DNA of 64,000 nt, from the NCBI GenBank assembly GCA_963668625.2, contig CAXXKA010000001.1, positions 384,001 through 448,000 of the forward strand. The letters run 5' to 3'. The notes under the pieces are model-generated. The model was not told the origin of the DNA, did not search any database, and was given only the letters and a program-made list of their open reading frames with translations. Source of the DNA: an uncultured candidate division Zixibacteria bacterium. GTDB taxonomy: Bacteria > Zixibacteria > MSB-5A5 > UBA10806 > 4484-95. Shown piece by piece: positions 10,470 to 21,000 of the stretch. The translations under genes were made by a program, and so were the position numbers. The stretch's first letter is position 1, and each line of letters opens with the position of its first letter.

Positions 10470-10587
10470 TTTAATATAGCATATACGGGGGTAGTCATAA
10501 GTCACCCCATCACCAGATATAATATTCTATTTCATCCATCTCTCGAAGACCAAGAATTCAACCACCCCTTTGACCTTGTTATTGCAA

Positions 10588-10616
10588 TTGACAGGCTCAA
10601 ATATCTTAACTAAAAT
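10588..10616 (+). promoter_or_regulatory. sigma-70-type promoter
   Basis: TTGACA - 17 nt - TAAAAT, 8 nt before ATG 10625. Confidence 0.65.
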
Positions 10617-10624
10617 TATAGATT

Positions 10625-11524
10625 ATGCCGAAAAACGAAGTCAAAGTCATTGAGGTGCACGCCAATGCTGTCTTAAAAGATGGCAAAATCGATAAATCAG
10701 TGGCCGCCGCAATGTTCGAGGCTGGGCTGGATGCCTTAAGTGATACAGGTATCGGCGATGATCTGGTGGCCTCGTTATTTCCCCGTGGCGGTAAAATCGG
10801 TATCAAGGTAAACTCGCTGGCCGGCCTTAAGATGTCATCCTCACCCGCTCTCGTTTACGCGCTGGCCGAGACATTAAACAAACTCGGTATCATTAAAGAT
10901 GATATAATTATCTGGGATCGTAAAGAGCGCGAATTGCAAAAAGCCGGTTACGATATTCGTACGAGGGGTTCGGGTTACCGATGTTTCGCTACCGACACGA
11001 CCGGCGCGGGATATTCGAGAAAGCTATACAGTCACGATTCGATTGGCTCCCTGATATCGAATATCCAGGAGAATATGACCGATGCGGTTATCAATTTCCC
11101 GGTGTTGAAAGACCATTCGCTGGCAGGTCTTTCGGGATGCCTGAAAAATTATTACGGCGCGATCCACAACCCTAATAAATATCACGAAAACAACTGCGAT
11201 CCGTATCAGGCCGATCTTTATGCCCTGGATGTTATCGGGAAAAAGGAGAGACTTGCCGTATTTGATGCGATTAATGTTCAGTACAACGGCGGGCCGGGTT
11301 ATGTAAGCCGTTGGACAGAGCAGTATAAGTCAATATTACTTTGCACCGACGGAGTCGCCCTGGATACGGTCGGTATCGAAATTATTGACAGGCTGAGAAC
11401 AAAAAACGGTATGAGGCGGTTAAAGGAAAGTGACAGGCCGCCAGTCGGAATCCTGACTGCGGGTAAAGCAGGTCTGGGATGTGCCGAAATTGACAATATA
11501 GAATGGATAGTTATCGAGGTTTAA
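10625..11524 (+). CDS. DUF362 domain protein (putative Fe-S)
   Basis: IGIKVN, INFPVLKDH..AG.SG.LKNYYG and D.VALD motifs. Confidence 0.8.
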   Translation: MPKNEVKVIEVHANAVLKDGKIDKSVAAAMFEAGLDALSDTGIGDDLVASLFPRGGKIGIKVNSLAGLKMSSSPALVYALAETLNKLGIIKDDIIIWDRKERELQKAGYDIRTRGSGYRCFATDTTGAGYSRKLYSHDSIGSLISNIQENMTDAVINFPVLKDHSLAGLSGCLKNYYGAIHNPNKYHENNCDPYQADLYALDVIGKKERLAVFDAINVQYNGGPGYVSRWTEQYKSILLCTDGVALDTVGIEIIDRLRTKNGMRRLKESDRPPVGILTAGKAGLGCAEIDNIEWIVIEV

Positions 11525-11529
11525 TTCAA

Positions 11530-13245
11530 ATGAGGAGAGTTACAGTTAATAAATTATTATTGATGCTGATAGGCGTAATGATGATATCCGCCCTGGCCCT
11601 TAACTGTGGGGGAGAGGCCAAAAAAGATATCACCCGGGATACCGCCGAGGAGATATTGGAGCGAAGGGCAAGCATGTCGAAACAGAGGGCGTTCGATCAT
11701 TTTTCGAAAGGTGATTTGTACGAACGTTCCGGCAATCTCGAAAAAGCCGCCGATGAGTATCGGCTGGCGCTGTTTTATGATACTCAATCGGATGAGCTTA
11801 AAAGATCACTGGCAGGCGTACTTTACGACCTGAGTCGTTTCGATGAGTCCCTCGAGATTATCGAGAGAATAGATCAACCGGATGTCGACGACCAACTACT
11901 GATGGCCGCCTGCTATAATAAAATCGGTCTCCTGCCTAAAACTATCGAGGTTTACGAAAAGCTGGCCAAGACCGACTCGGTTCCGCAATTCGTAGTGGAA
12001 AACCTGGCGAAGTATTACACATTAAAAAAGGATAAATCAAAGCTCGAGCAGTATTACGATTGGCTTATCGAAAATGCCGAAAATGCCAAACTCTGGCAAT
12101 CGGAAAAAGCGAGCGCCCTGGTGGAGATCGGCAAGCCTGAAGATGCGGAAAAAATATACGAGAATATGATGGAAGCCGATTCGCTCGATTATGGAGCCTG
12201 GCTGGATATGGCAGCTTTGCAAATGTATCTGGAAAATTCCGAGGAAGCCTCGAAATACTACCGCTATGTGGTAGATCATAACTGGGACAACGGCCAGATG
12301 CTATCCATGATTTTGCCGGCCTTATTCGATCTGGATGATATGGACCTGGCCTCCAGCGTAGCTCGTCGCATTACCGCGCTTTTCCCCGAGGACTACATGT
12401 CGCAACGTCGTTATGCCATATTGCTGTTTACCACAGGCGACTACGATAGAGCGGATTCTGTCCTGACCCATATTTTATCCGAGGTTAACGATGATCCGGT
12501 GGCATATTACTATCTTGGCCGAATTGCCCAGCAAAATCAGGATTTCCCGGCAGCCGAGGAGTTTTATTCGAACGCTATAGCCTATGATGACACGATGGGC
12601 GAGGCCTGGATGAATCTGGCATTCGTTCGCGGCCTGAAAGGCGATCATGAGGCGGCGATGGCGACTTTCGATTCGACACTGGCCAAAATTCCTGCAGATT
12701 CCACCCGGATTCTGTTTTTTACGGGATCGTACCTGAGTTCCAGACAGAAATTCGAGGAAGCGATCGAATATTACGAGCGTGTGCTCAATGCTACGCCGGA
12801 TAATTTCGATGTCAGGTTTAACCTTGCCGCAGCCTATGAGAGAACCGATCGTAACGCCGATGCCGAGATGTTGTTTTTGGAGCTACTCGATGAGGATAAG
12901 GATAACCCGGTTGTCTTGAACTATCTCGGATATATGTACGCCGATCTGGGTATTAAACTCGATAAAGCCGAGGAATATGTGAAAAAAGCGCTGGAAATAG
13001 ATCCGAATAATAACGCATATCTTGACAGCTATGCCTGGGTGATGTATAAAAAAGGCAAATACGATGAGGCTCTCAAGTACCAGATGATGGCTTTAGAGTC
13101 GAATGTGAACGATGCCGTGCTATACGAGCATATGGGCGATATTTATTACGCCCTCGATCGTATACGAATGGCCCATGATAGCTGGGAAAAAGCGTTGGAG
13201 CTTGACCCGGAAAACATCGAGATAAGAGAGAAGTTAGATCGGTAG
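11530..13245 (+). CDS. TPR-repeat lipoprotein
   Basis: Lipobox ALNC, many TPRs, C-terminal LNYLGY.YAD...YLDSYAW...EHMGD pattern. Confidence 0.85.
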   Translation: MRRVTVNKLLLMLIGVMMISALALNCGGEAKKDITRDTAEEILERRASMSKQRAFDHFSKGDLYERSGNLEKAADEYRLALFYDTQSDELKRSLAGVLYDLSRFDESLEIIERIDQPDVDDQLLMAACYNKIGLLPKTIEVYEKLAKTDSVPQFVVENLAKYYTLKKDKSKLEQYYDWLIENAENAKLWQSEKASALVEIGKPEDAEKIYENMMEADSLDYGAWLDMAALQMYLENSEEASKYYRYVVDHNWDNGQMLSMILPALFDLDDMDLASSVARRITALFPEDYMSQRRYAILLFTTGDYDRADSVLTHILSEVNDDPVAYYYLGRIAQQNQDFPAAEEFYSNAIAYDDTMGEAWMNLAFVRGLKGDHEAAMATFDSTLAKIPADSTRILFFTGSYLSSRQKFEEAIEYYERVLNATPDNFDVRFNLAAAYERTDRNADAEMLFLELLDEDKDNPVVLNYLGYMYADLGIKLDKAEEYVKKALEIDPNNNAYLDSYAWVMYKKGKYDEALKYQMMALESNVNDAVLYEHMGDIYYALDRIRMAHDSWEKALELDPENIEIREKLDR

Positions 13246-13248
13246 TTC

Positions 13249-14961
13249 GTGAAATACTCGCAGTTTGGATTTAAAGCTTTTATATTTATCCTTTTTACAG
13301 CCTCTATGGTATTATATTCGTGTGCTGATATAGGGGCTCCACCCGGCGGACCCGAGGATAAAACTCCTCCCGAGGTTTTCTATGTTAAACCGGATCAGGG
13401 TTCGGTTAACGTGCCGATCGATACTGAATTCGAGATTCGTTTCTCGAAAAACATGGATGAAACCAGCACCGAACAGGCGATCTTTATATCACCTTTATTC
13501 TTCAATTACGCCAAATTCGAATGGTCGGGTAAGAAACTGAAAGTTATTCCCCCGGAAAACCTTCGCGAAAACACGACCTATGTTCTGACAATTGGCGCGC
13601 AAGCCAAGGATTCCCGCAGCAATCAGTTGGGCAAGTCCAAATCGTATCCTTTTTCCACGGGCGATAAAATATACGAATGCTCTATATTCGGCGAGGTGCT
13701 GGGTAAGAATATGCAGAAACTTAATGTCTGGGCGTACAAACTGGAATCTAATAACCCGGATACATTCTGGATGAAACTTCCTGATTACGTGACCCAGCCC
13801 GATAGCCTGGGCAATTACCGTTTCGAATATCTAAGTTACGGAGATTACCTGGTGGTGGCGGTAGAGGATAAGAACAGCGATCAGTTCTGGGCGCCCCCGG
13901 GTGAACGTCTTGCTCTGCCCGATAAGATGGTACATTTAAGCGAGACCATGCAGGAATTCGGGCCATTGGTTATGATGACAGCCGCTCGTGATACGATCGC
14001 GCCGTATATATCCGGCGTTAGCTCACCCGATATCAATTCAGTCATAGTCAATTTCAGCCAGGCTGTTGATACCGCGACCTCACTGGTTGATTCCAACTAC
14101 TCGATATACCCGCCCGATAGCTCCGGTATGCAGGCGGTGATAAAGAACATCGTGCCGTTATCTAAAGATTTCAACTCGTTTTACATGACTATGGATAAAC
14201 TTCTGCCGGAAACCAAATACAAGGTTATTTGCCGTAACATCGAGTCTGCATACGGCATACCAGCCGATACGGTTTCCAGGTTCTTTCAATCGGGACCGGT
14301 CGATACGCTCAGGCCTGAGATGATAGAGATTATACCGCAGCCCTCGCGTACTCCCAGGCCCTCGGGATTCGATATCGAGATTACGTTTTCCGAGCCAATG
14401 GATACCTCCGGGATAAAAAACAAAATATTATTTATAGATAGTCTGGAAAACCCGGTTGATTTTCAATATACCTGGAGATATTCGAATAATCTTCTTATAA
14501 CCCCCGCTTTTAACGAGGGGGAGCGTTTCGAGTTTAGCTTTGATGAGAGGTTGATAACCGATCTGGCAGGTAACGCTCTGGGAGATTCATTGATAAAATA
14601 TGATTATGCCACGGCAACACCCGATAGTTTCGGACAGATTGTAGGCAAGGTGATTAACGCGCCCGGTGATAATATCATAATTGTTTTGGAATCGAAAAAG
14701 GATGGCAAGGAAATCGATCAAAAAAGTGACGAGTTCGGAGCATTTTATATTGACAGACTATTTGCGGGAGCGTATAAAATACGCGCGTTTCATGATAATA
14801 ACAATAATGGCAAGTTCGACGGTGGTTCGATTCGACCCTTTAGTTTTTCGGAAGCTGTTGCTTTATATGCTGATACGGTAAGTGTTCGGGCAAGATGGGA
14901 GACAGATATCGGTTTTCTCGATTTTAAACCGCAAAGAATTGATGTTGACACGTTAGAGTAA
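13249..14961 (+). CDS. lipoprotein with SbsA/Big_5-type Ig-like domains
   Basis: SCA...PPGGPEDKTPP N-terminus, FSKNMD/FSEPMD, DLAGN, D.NNNGKFD C-terminal motif. Confidence 0.8.
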   Translation: MKYSQFGFKAFIFILFTASMVLYSCADIGAPPGGPEDKTPPEVFYVKPDQGSVNVPIDTEFEIRFSKNMDETSTEQAIFISPLFFNYAKFEWSGKKLKVIPPENLRENTTYVLTIGAQAKDSRSNQLGKSKSYPFSTGDKIYECSIFGEVLGKNMQKLNVWAYKLESNNPDTFWMKLPDYVTQPDSLGNYRFEYLSYGDYLVVAVEDKNSDQFWAPPGERLALPDKMVHLSETMQEFGPLVMMTAARDTIAPYISGVSSPDINSVIVNFSQAVDTATSLVDSNYSIYPPDSSGMQAVIKNIVPLSKDFNSFYMTMDKLLPETKYKVICRNIESAYGIPADTVSRFFQSGPVDTLRPEMIEIIPQPSRTPRPSGFDIEITFSEPMDTSGIKNKILFIDSLENPVDFQYTWRYSNNLLITPAFNEGERFEFSFDERLITDLAGNALGDSLIKYDYATATPDSFGQIVGKVINAPGDNIIIVLESKKDGKEIDQKSDEFGAFYIDRLFAGAYKIRAFHDNNNNGKFDGGSIRPFSFSEAVALYADTVSVRARWETDIGFLDFKPQRIDVDTLE

Positions 14962-14972
14962 TATTGTATTAT
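14945..14972 (+). promoter_or_regulatory. sigma-70-type promoter for the giant surface protein gene
   Basis: TTGACA - 16 nt - TATTAT, followed by GAGG RBS. Confidence 0.45.
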
Positions 14973-15005
14973 ATATCAATTACAAATACGATATTAGAGG
15001 ATTAA

Positions 15006-18000
15006 ATGCAGTCGTTGTCCCTTAAAGCTATATTAATCATCAGCCTGATTGCCGTACTGACGGTTCCGGCGGTAGCTGATATTTATTATTCTGAAATCGT
15101 TTTTAGTGATGATATAGACAATCAAATCGAATTCAGGATTACACCATCAGACTATCAGGCAATCTCTGCCGAGATAAATGGCCGGATGTGGCCGGTCAGC
15201 CAGTTCAGCGATAATGAGTACTCCGTAACCGGTTTTGGTAAATTAAATTCCGGGCAGCCGATTAAAGTATTGTATGAGGGGTATGATGTTAACTCGCTCG
15301 ACAAGGTCAGCCTGGAGTTAATCGGGACGAATGGCGATATCAGCTATAATCGTTTTCCCGGCCTGGCTCTTGATTTGATACCTCTTCAAAGCGTAACCGA
15401 CACCTTGAGATCCGGGATCGCCGGCGATAGCGACGCACATAAAATCGGATTCGATATCTCTACGAATCAGATAATGGAAAAGGGCGAAATATGGATCACG
15501 TTCGAGGCCGGTTTTGATGCGGGCGGGCTGGTTTCTCTGGATTCGATTTCCTATTCGGATGATGACCCGGCTAATAATGGCTCGGAACCGACCATTACCT
15601 CAGTCAGTGTCATCACGAGAACCGTAATCCTTAAACTTGACAGCGGTACACCGGCATCCCCTAATTCCAGGGTAAATGTCGAAATTAAGCCGGTTAATAA
15701 TAGTATCATTGCCGGTGATTACTCCGTCACGGTTCAAACACTCGATTCATTGGGGGCGCTGGTGCATATTCCCACCTCCTCCAACGCATTCATATTGGAT
15801 CCTGATGTTTTAAATAGTGTGGCGGTTACGCCCGGCGGCGATATGAATATCCCCTCGGATTCGATAGTGGTCTTCTCGGCGGCCGGACACGATCAGTATG
15901 GAAATGCCATAGATGGTTTGACATATACCTGGGCAATTACGGTGGATTCGTGCGGCACTATCAATAACGGAACTTTTCAGGCGAAAAAGCTTGGCGATTG
16001 CTATATAACGGCCACGACCGGCGGTTTCGCTGATTCCTCGGGTGTGTTGACGGTTGAAGCAAGCGACCTGGATCGATTCGCAATGACAGGTTATCCTGCC
16101 TCGGTGCAGGCCGGGCAGGTGTTCCCCATACCGATTGCATTAACTGCATATGATGTTAACGACAATATAATTTATGATTTAGCCGATTCGATTTACTTTT
16201 TCTCCAGTGATGATTCGGCAGCTTTTACTTATGATAGCGATAACTGGCTCGATATCGATACCGGGCAGGTTAGTATTCCCGGAAACAATTTCACCCTAAA
16301 ACTGGCAGGTTCTCAAACTATCACTGTCACTAACGGCACACAATCGACTACTTCATCCTCGATTACGGTCTCATCAACTCTTATAGATGATTTCTCGTTC
16401 AGCGCTGTCGGCGATCAGACTGCCGGTGTCTCGTTTAACCTTTCGGTTACCGGGGCTGTTGACCAGTACGGTAATCCTGCCAGTGGCAACGTTATTGTTG
16501 ATGATGTTGTCGGCGGTAACTCCCCCGATGGCGATCCACCGGTGCTTAACAATATTACCGTTACCAACGGCTCGGGTCAGGCCGGTCAGCTTCTGACTAA
16601 TGCTGTTGCCAGTACTCTCGAGGGGGTGGGCGGCAGCGCTACCGTGCAAACGAATTCGTTTACGGTCAACCCCGGCGTCGTAGGCCGTCTGATATTAACG
16701 GGCTATCCTGATGAGGCGACTGCCGGTGAGCAATTCACCTCGGACCCCTTAGTTACGGTGAAAGATATTTTCGGCAATTTAAAAACAAACTATACCGGCA
16801 CGATTCATTTTAAGGGGCCGGAAACAGTGCCCTCTCCATATACTTTCGTAACTCCGCATGCCGGCTCGCATACTTTTCCCGATAACCAGTTCGCATTTCA
16901 AACTGCAGGTTTAAAAAGATTATACGTGTTCAATGCGGATAGTTCACTGGCCGATACATCCTCGGCGATTGATGTATCCGCAAATATTATCTCAAGTTTC
17001 TCGTTCACAGCGCTGGGGTCAGTGACCGCCGGTTCTCCTTTCTCGATAAGCGTATCCAATGCTCTTGATCAATATGGAAATTCCGCATCCGGCACTATTA
17101 CGGTTACCGATAGCTCCGGGGCAGGCAATTCTCCCGATGGTTCATCGCCCTCGTTAAATGATATTATCGTAAACAACGGTTCGGGTAGCGCCAACCAGAT
17201 ACTGGTTGATGTGGGCGCAGCGATTATTAGAGGTATCTCCGAAGCATCAACCGTACAAGCGGTCAATATCACTGTCAACCCGGCGGCCGGGGCGCAATTG
17301 GTGTTAACCGATACTCCGGACACTATAACGGCCGGCCTGGATTTTTCGACGCAATCGATCGATCCGACTGTTACGGTTTTAGATTCGTACGGCAATATCG
17401 CTACCGGTTATGGGGGCACGGTATCGTTTAATAATATAGAAAATCGAGATGGGCCTCATACGTTTATTCCCGCCGATCTAGGCGTTTACCGGTTTGATGG
17501 TGGAAATTTCAGTTTCGAGGCGGCGGGCGCAAGAAAAATAATCGCCACTGACGGCGTGCTGGCGGATACCTCCTCAATTGTCGAGGTTTATCCAGCCGCC
17601 ATAACCTCATACGATCTTAACGCTCCACCATCGGTTGTAGCGGGTACGGCGTTTACGCTTTCGGTCGCTAACGCGGTCGATCAATTCAGTAATGACGCAT
17701 CCGGTACGGTTGTAATAACCGATAGCCTGGGGGCCGGCGGTTCGCCTGATGGTTCGATGCCATCGCTAAATAATATAGAGGTCTCCGGGGGAGTCGGCTC
17801 GGCCCAGCAGGTGCTCGTTGATTCTGTCGCTGCGGCTCGCCTGAAAGGCGCAGTTAACGGCGTAGTCCGGGGGACGAGCGATATCACGGTCGCGCCGGCC
17901 AATGCCAACGAACTGGTATTGAGCAACTATCCCGATACGATAACGGCAGGCCAGGCTTTTCCATCACCGGCTAACGATCCCCTAGTGACATTGAAAGATG

Positions 18001-21000
18001 CCTACGGCAACCTTGCCACTACATACGATGGTACGGTTACATTATCAAATGCCGACAGCCCCGATCTCGACCATGATTTCGTAGCCGGCCACGATGGAAC
18101 TTTCGCATTCGATGGTGATCTGATCGTTTTCAACACCGGTGGTTGGCGTACTTTAATAGTTTCCGATGATACTTTCGGTTTGGCCGATACATCCTCGCCA
18201 ATACAGGTGCTGGGAACTTCATCCATAAGCTCGTTCGATATAACTGCTCCGTCGGACGCCGATGCCGGGGCAGCGTTCAGCGTTAATATCAGCAATGCTC
18301 GTGACCAGTTTAACAACCTGACCTCGGGTACGGTTACGATACAGGCGGTAAGCGGCGCCGGCAATGCTCCTGACGGCTCGAGTCCATCCTTCCACGATGT
18401 TTCGATAACCAATGGTGTTGGCTCGGCGAGCCAGGTGCTGGTTCTGACAGGTACGGCACGCTTGAGAGGTGTAGCGGGCAGTTTTGCCGATACTACCGGC
18501 AATATTACGGTATCGCCGGGTACTCCGGATAAGATAGAGATTACCGATTGTCCTGAAAGTGTAACTGCCGGCAATGGTTTTTCGACCGATCCGATTGTTA
18601 CTATCTACGATTCTTATGAAAATATCGCAACTGACTATACAGGCGAAGTAACTTTTAGCGGCATAGCCACCACACACGCACCATACACATTTATAGGCGG
18701 TGATGCCGGGCAACATACATTCCCTGGAAGCTCTTTCATACCGGAAGAATCCGGGATCAAGCGGGTGATCGTAACCGAGGATCAAGCCTCGCTGGTCGAC
18801 ACCTCCGAGCAATTCACGGTTTATCCCAATGTTATAGCCGGATTCGATTTTGGCGCCGTTGGTGGCGCCACCGCGGGCGTACCCTTCAGCTTAAGTGTAT
18901 CCAACGCGGTAGATCAGTTTGATAATGCCGCCTCGGGTACTATTACCGTTGTAGGTTATACCGGCGCAGGCAACGCTCCCGATGGCTCGGTGCCCTCGTT
19001 TAACAATATCGCTATAACCAATGGGTCGGGGTCAGGTGATCAGGTGCTTGTGCTTACCGGTAACGCTCGTATAAGAGGTTTTTCTGGTTCAGCGGCGGAT
19101 ACCACTAGCACGTTTACCGTTGCTCCCGGAGCTTTTGGCGAGTTACGCATAACCAATACACCTGATACCGTAACCGCAGGCTCGAATTTCTCGACTGACC
19201 CGGTTGTTACCTCATATGATTTATTCGGAAATCTCGCAACCAATTACACCGGCACTATCACATTCGACGGAATTAACCAGGTGCCTTCGGATTATCCATT
19301 CGTAGGCGGGGATAATGGTCAACATTCGTTTTTAGGTTCCGGGTTCAGCCCGCATACAGCCGGTTTCAGACGTCTGATAGTAAGAGACGATGCCGCCTCG
19401 ATCTCGGATACCTCCAACCCGATACAGGTTTATCCTGATACGATTAATTCATTCAGTTTCGCCGCAATCGGTAGCCAAACTGCGGGTGTTCCTTTCGTGC
19501 TGACAGTATCCAACGCTATTGATGCGTATGGCAACAACACCTCGGGTGTTATCGATATCGATACGGTCGGATCATTGAACTCGCCCAACGGCGATTCTCC
19601 CATTATCAACGATATCAACGTGACCGACGGCTCGGGCAGCGCGCAGCAGACATTGGTATTGACCGGCGGATCCGTGCAGCTTAGAGGATCATATAGTACA
19701 TTAGAGGTAACCACCAATACGTTTGCCGTAAATCCCGGCGTGTTGGGTGAGCTTGATGTTGCTGTTAGCTCGCCACAGATATCGGGTGTACCGTTTACCG
19801 CACCCTCGACGATTACTGCAATCGATGTTTTTGGCAACGATAAAACGAATTTCTCGGCTGCCGGTAATAATATCACGATAACCGCCTCCAACGGCGGCGA
19901 TATGGCGGATAATATATTGGATGAGGATTCGGATTTTACAAACGAATTAGCTGATTTGAACGCGCTCGGTGTCACCTATAGCGGCGCCGGCGGCCAGGTA
20001 ACTTTCACCGCTGCCGCGCAATCCGGAATAACCGGTGAGTCCAATGTAGTGCAGATAGGCTCCATACGCGCCGATGATATCTCGCTCGACCTGCGACAGG
20101 TTGTCAGTGGCGATACGGCCAGGGGGACGGTAAGAGTTACTAACCTTGGCAATGTGGCTGCGACTATCACGGATATTATCATTAAAACGGATCCGGAAAT
20201 GTTTAGCCCCTCGTATACGCCGCCTTTAGGCAGCGTTCCGGGCGGCACTGACCAGACCTATGATTTCAAATTCGTGGTGAACACGTTATCCTCGGGCAGC
20301 TATCCGCTCACGATGATTGTCAATGCCAACTATTCCTCGATTATCACCTCCGATACCTTAATCGGCAGAGATACCCTGATTATAGTTACTGAGTCTAACC
20401 TGACTGATATATCCGGCAGTTTGACTCCCGATACGATTTCCAGCGGCTCGGATTACAGCCTGGCGTTCGAGGTTATAAACAATGGTGAAGCGGCTCTTAA
20501 CATTGCAGACTCATCTTATATAACCTTTACCGATGGCAGCGAAACATACATGGCTGAGCTCGCCCAGAACAGTTACGTGGGCGCCGGTGATCAGACTTAT
20601 CTGTATTTCAATTCGGCATCCGTGAATGCTGCTTTTATACCTAATTCCTATAGTGTCAGTTTCCAAATTTATGGCTATGATATACATAGAGTTATTGATG
20701 ATCTTATAACGATAACAGATGATATAATGGTGCAATCACCCAGCAATATAACATATTTGGCGAACCTTACGCCGTTAACTCTTCTAACAGGCGCTGAGGT
20801 ACGTTTCTCGGCCAGGGTTAGCAATTCCGCCCAGGCCGATTTGATTATCAATCCCGATCAGACGAAAATAACATTCAGCGATGTAAATGAAAATCAATAC
20901 ATAGCCTATATCGATACTGCCGCCGCATACCACGTGGAGGTTATTGAGGGTGGAGGCGATACCACTCTGACATTCGTGCGTGAACTGCTGTTACCCGGTT

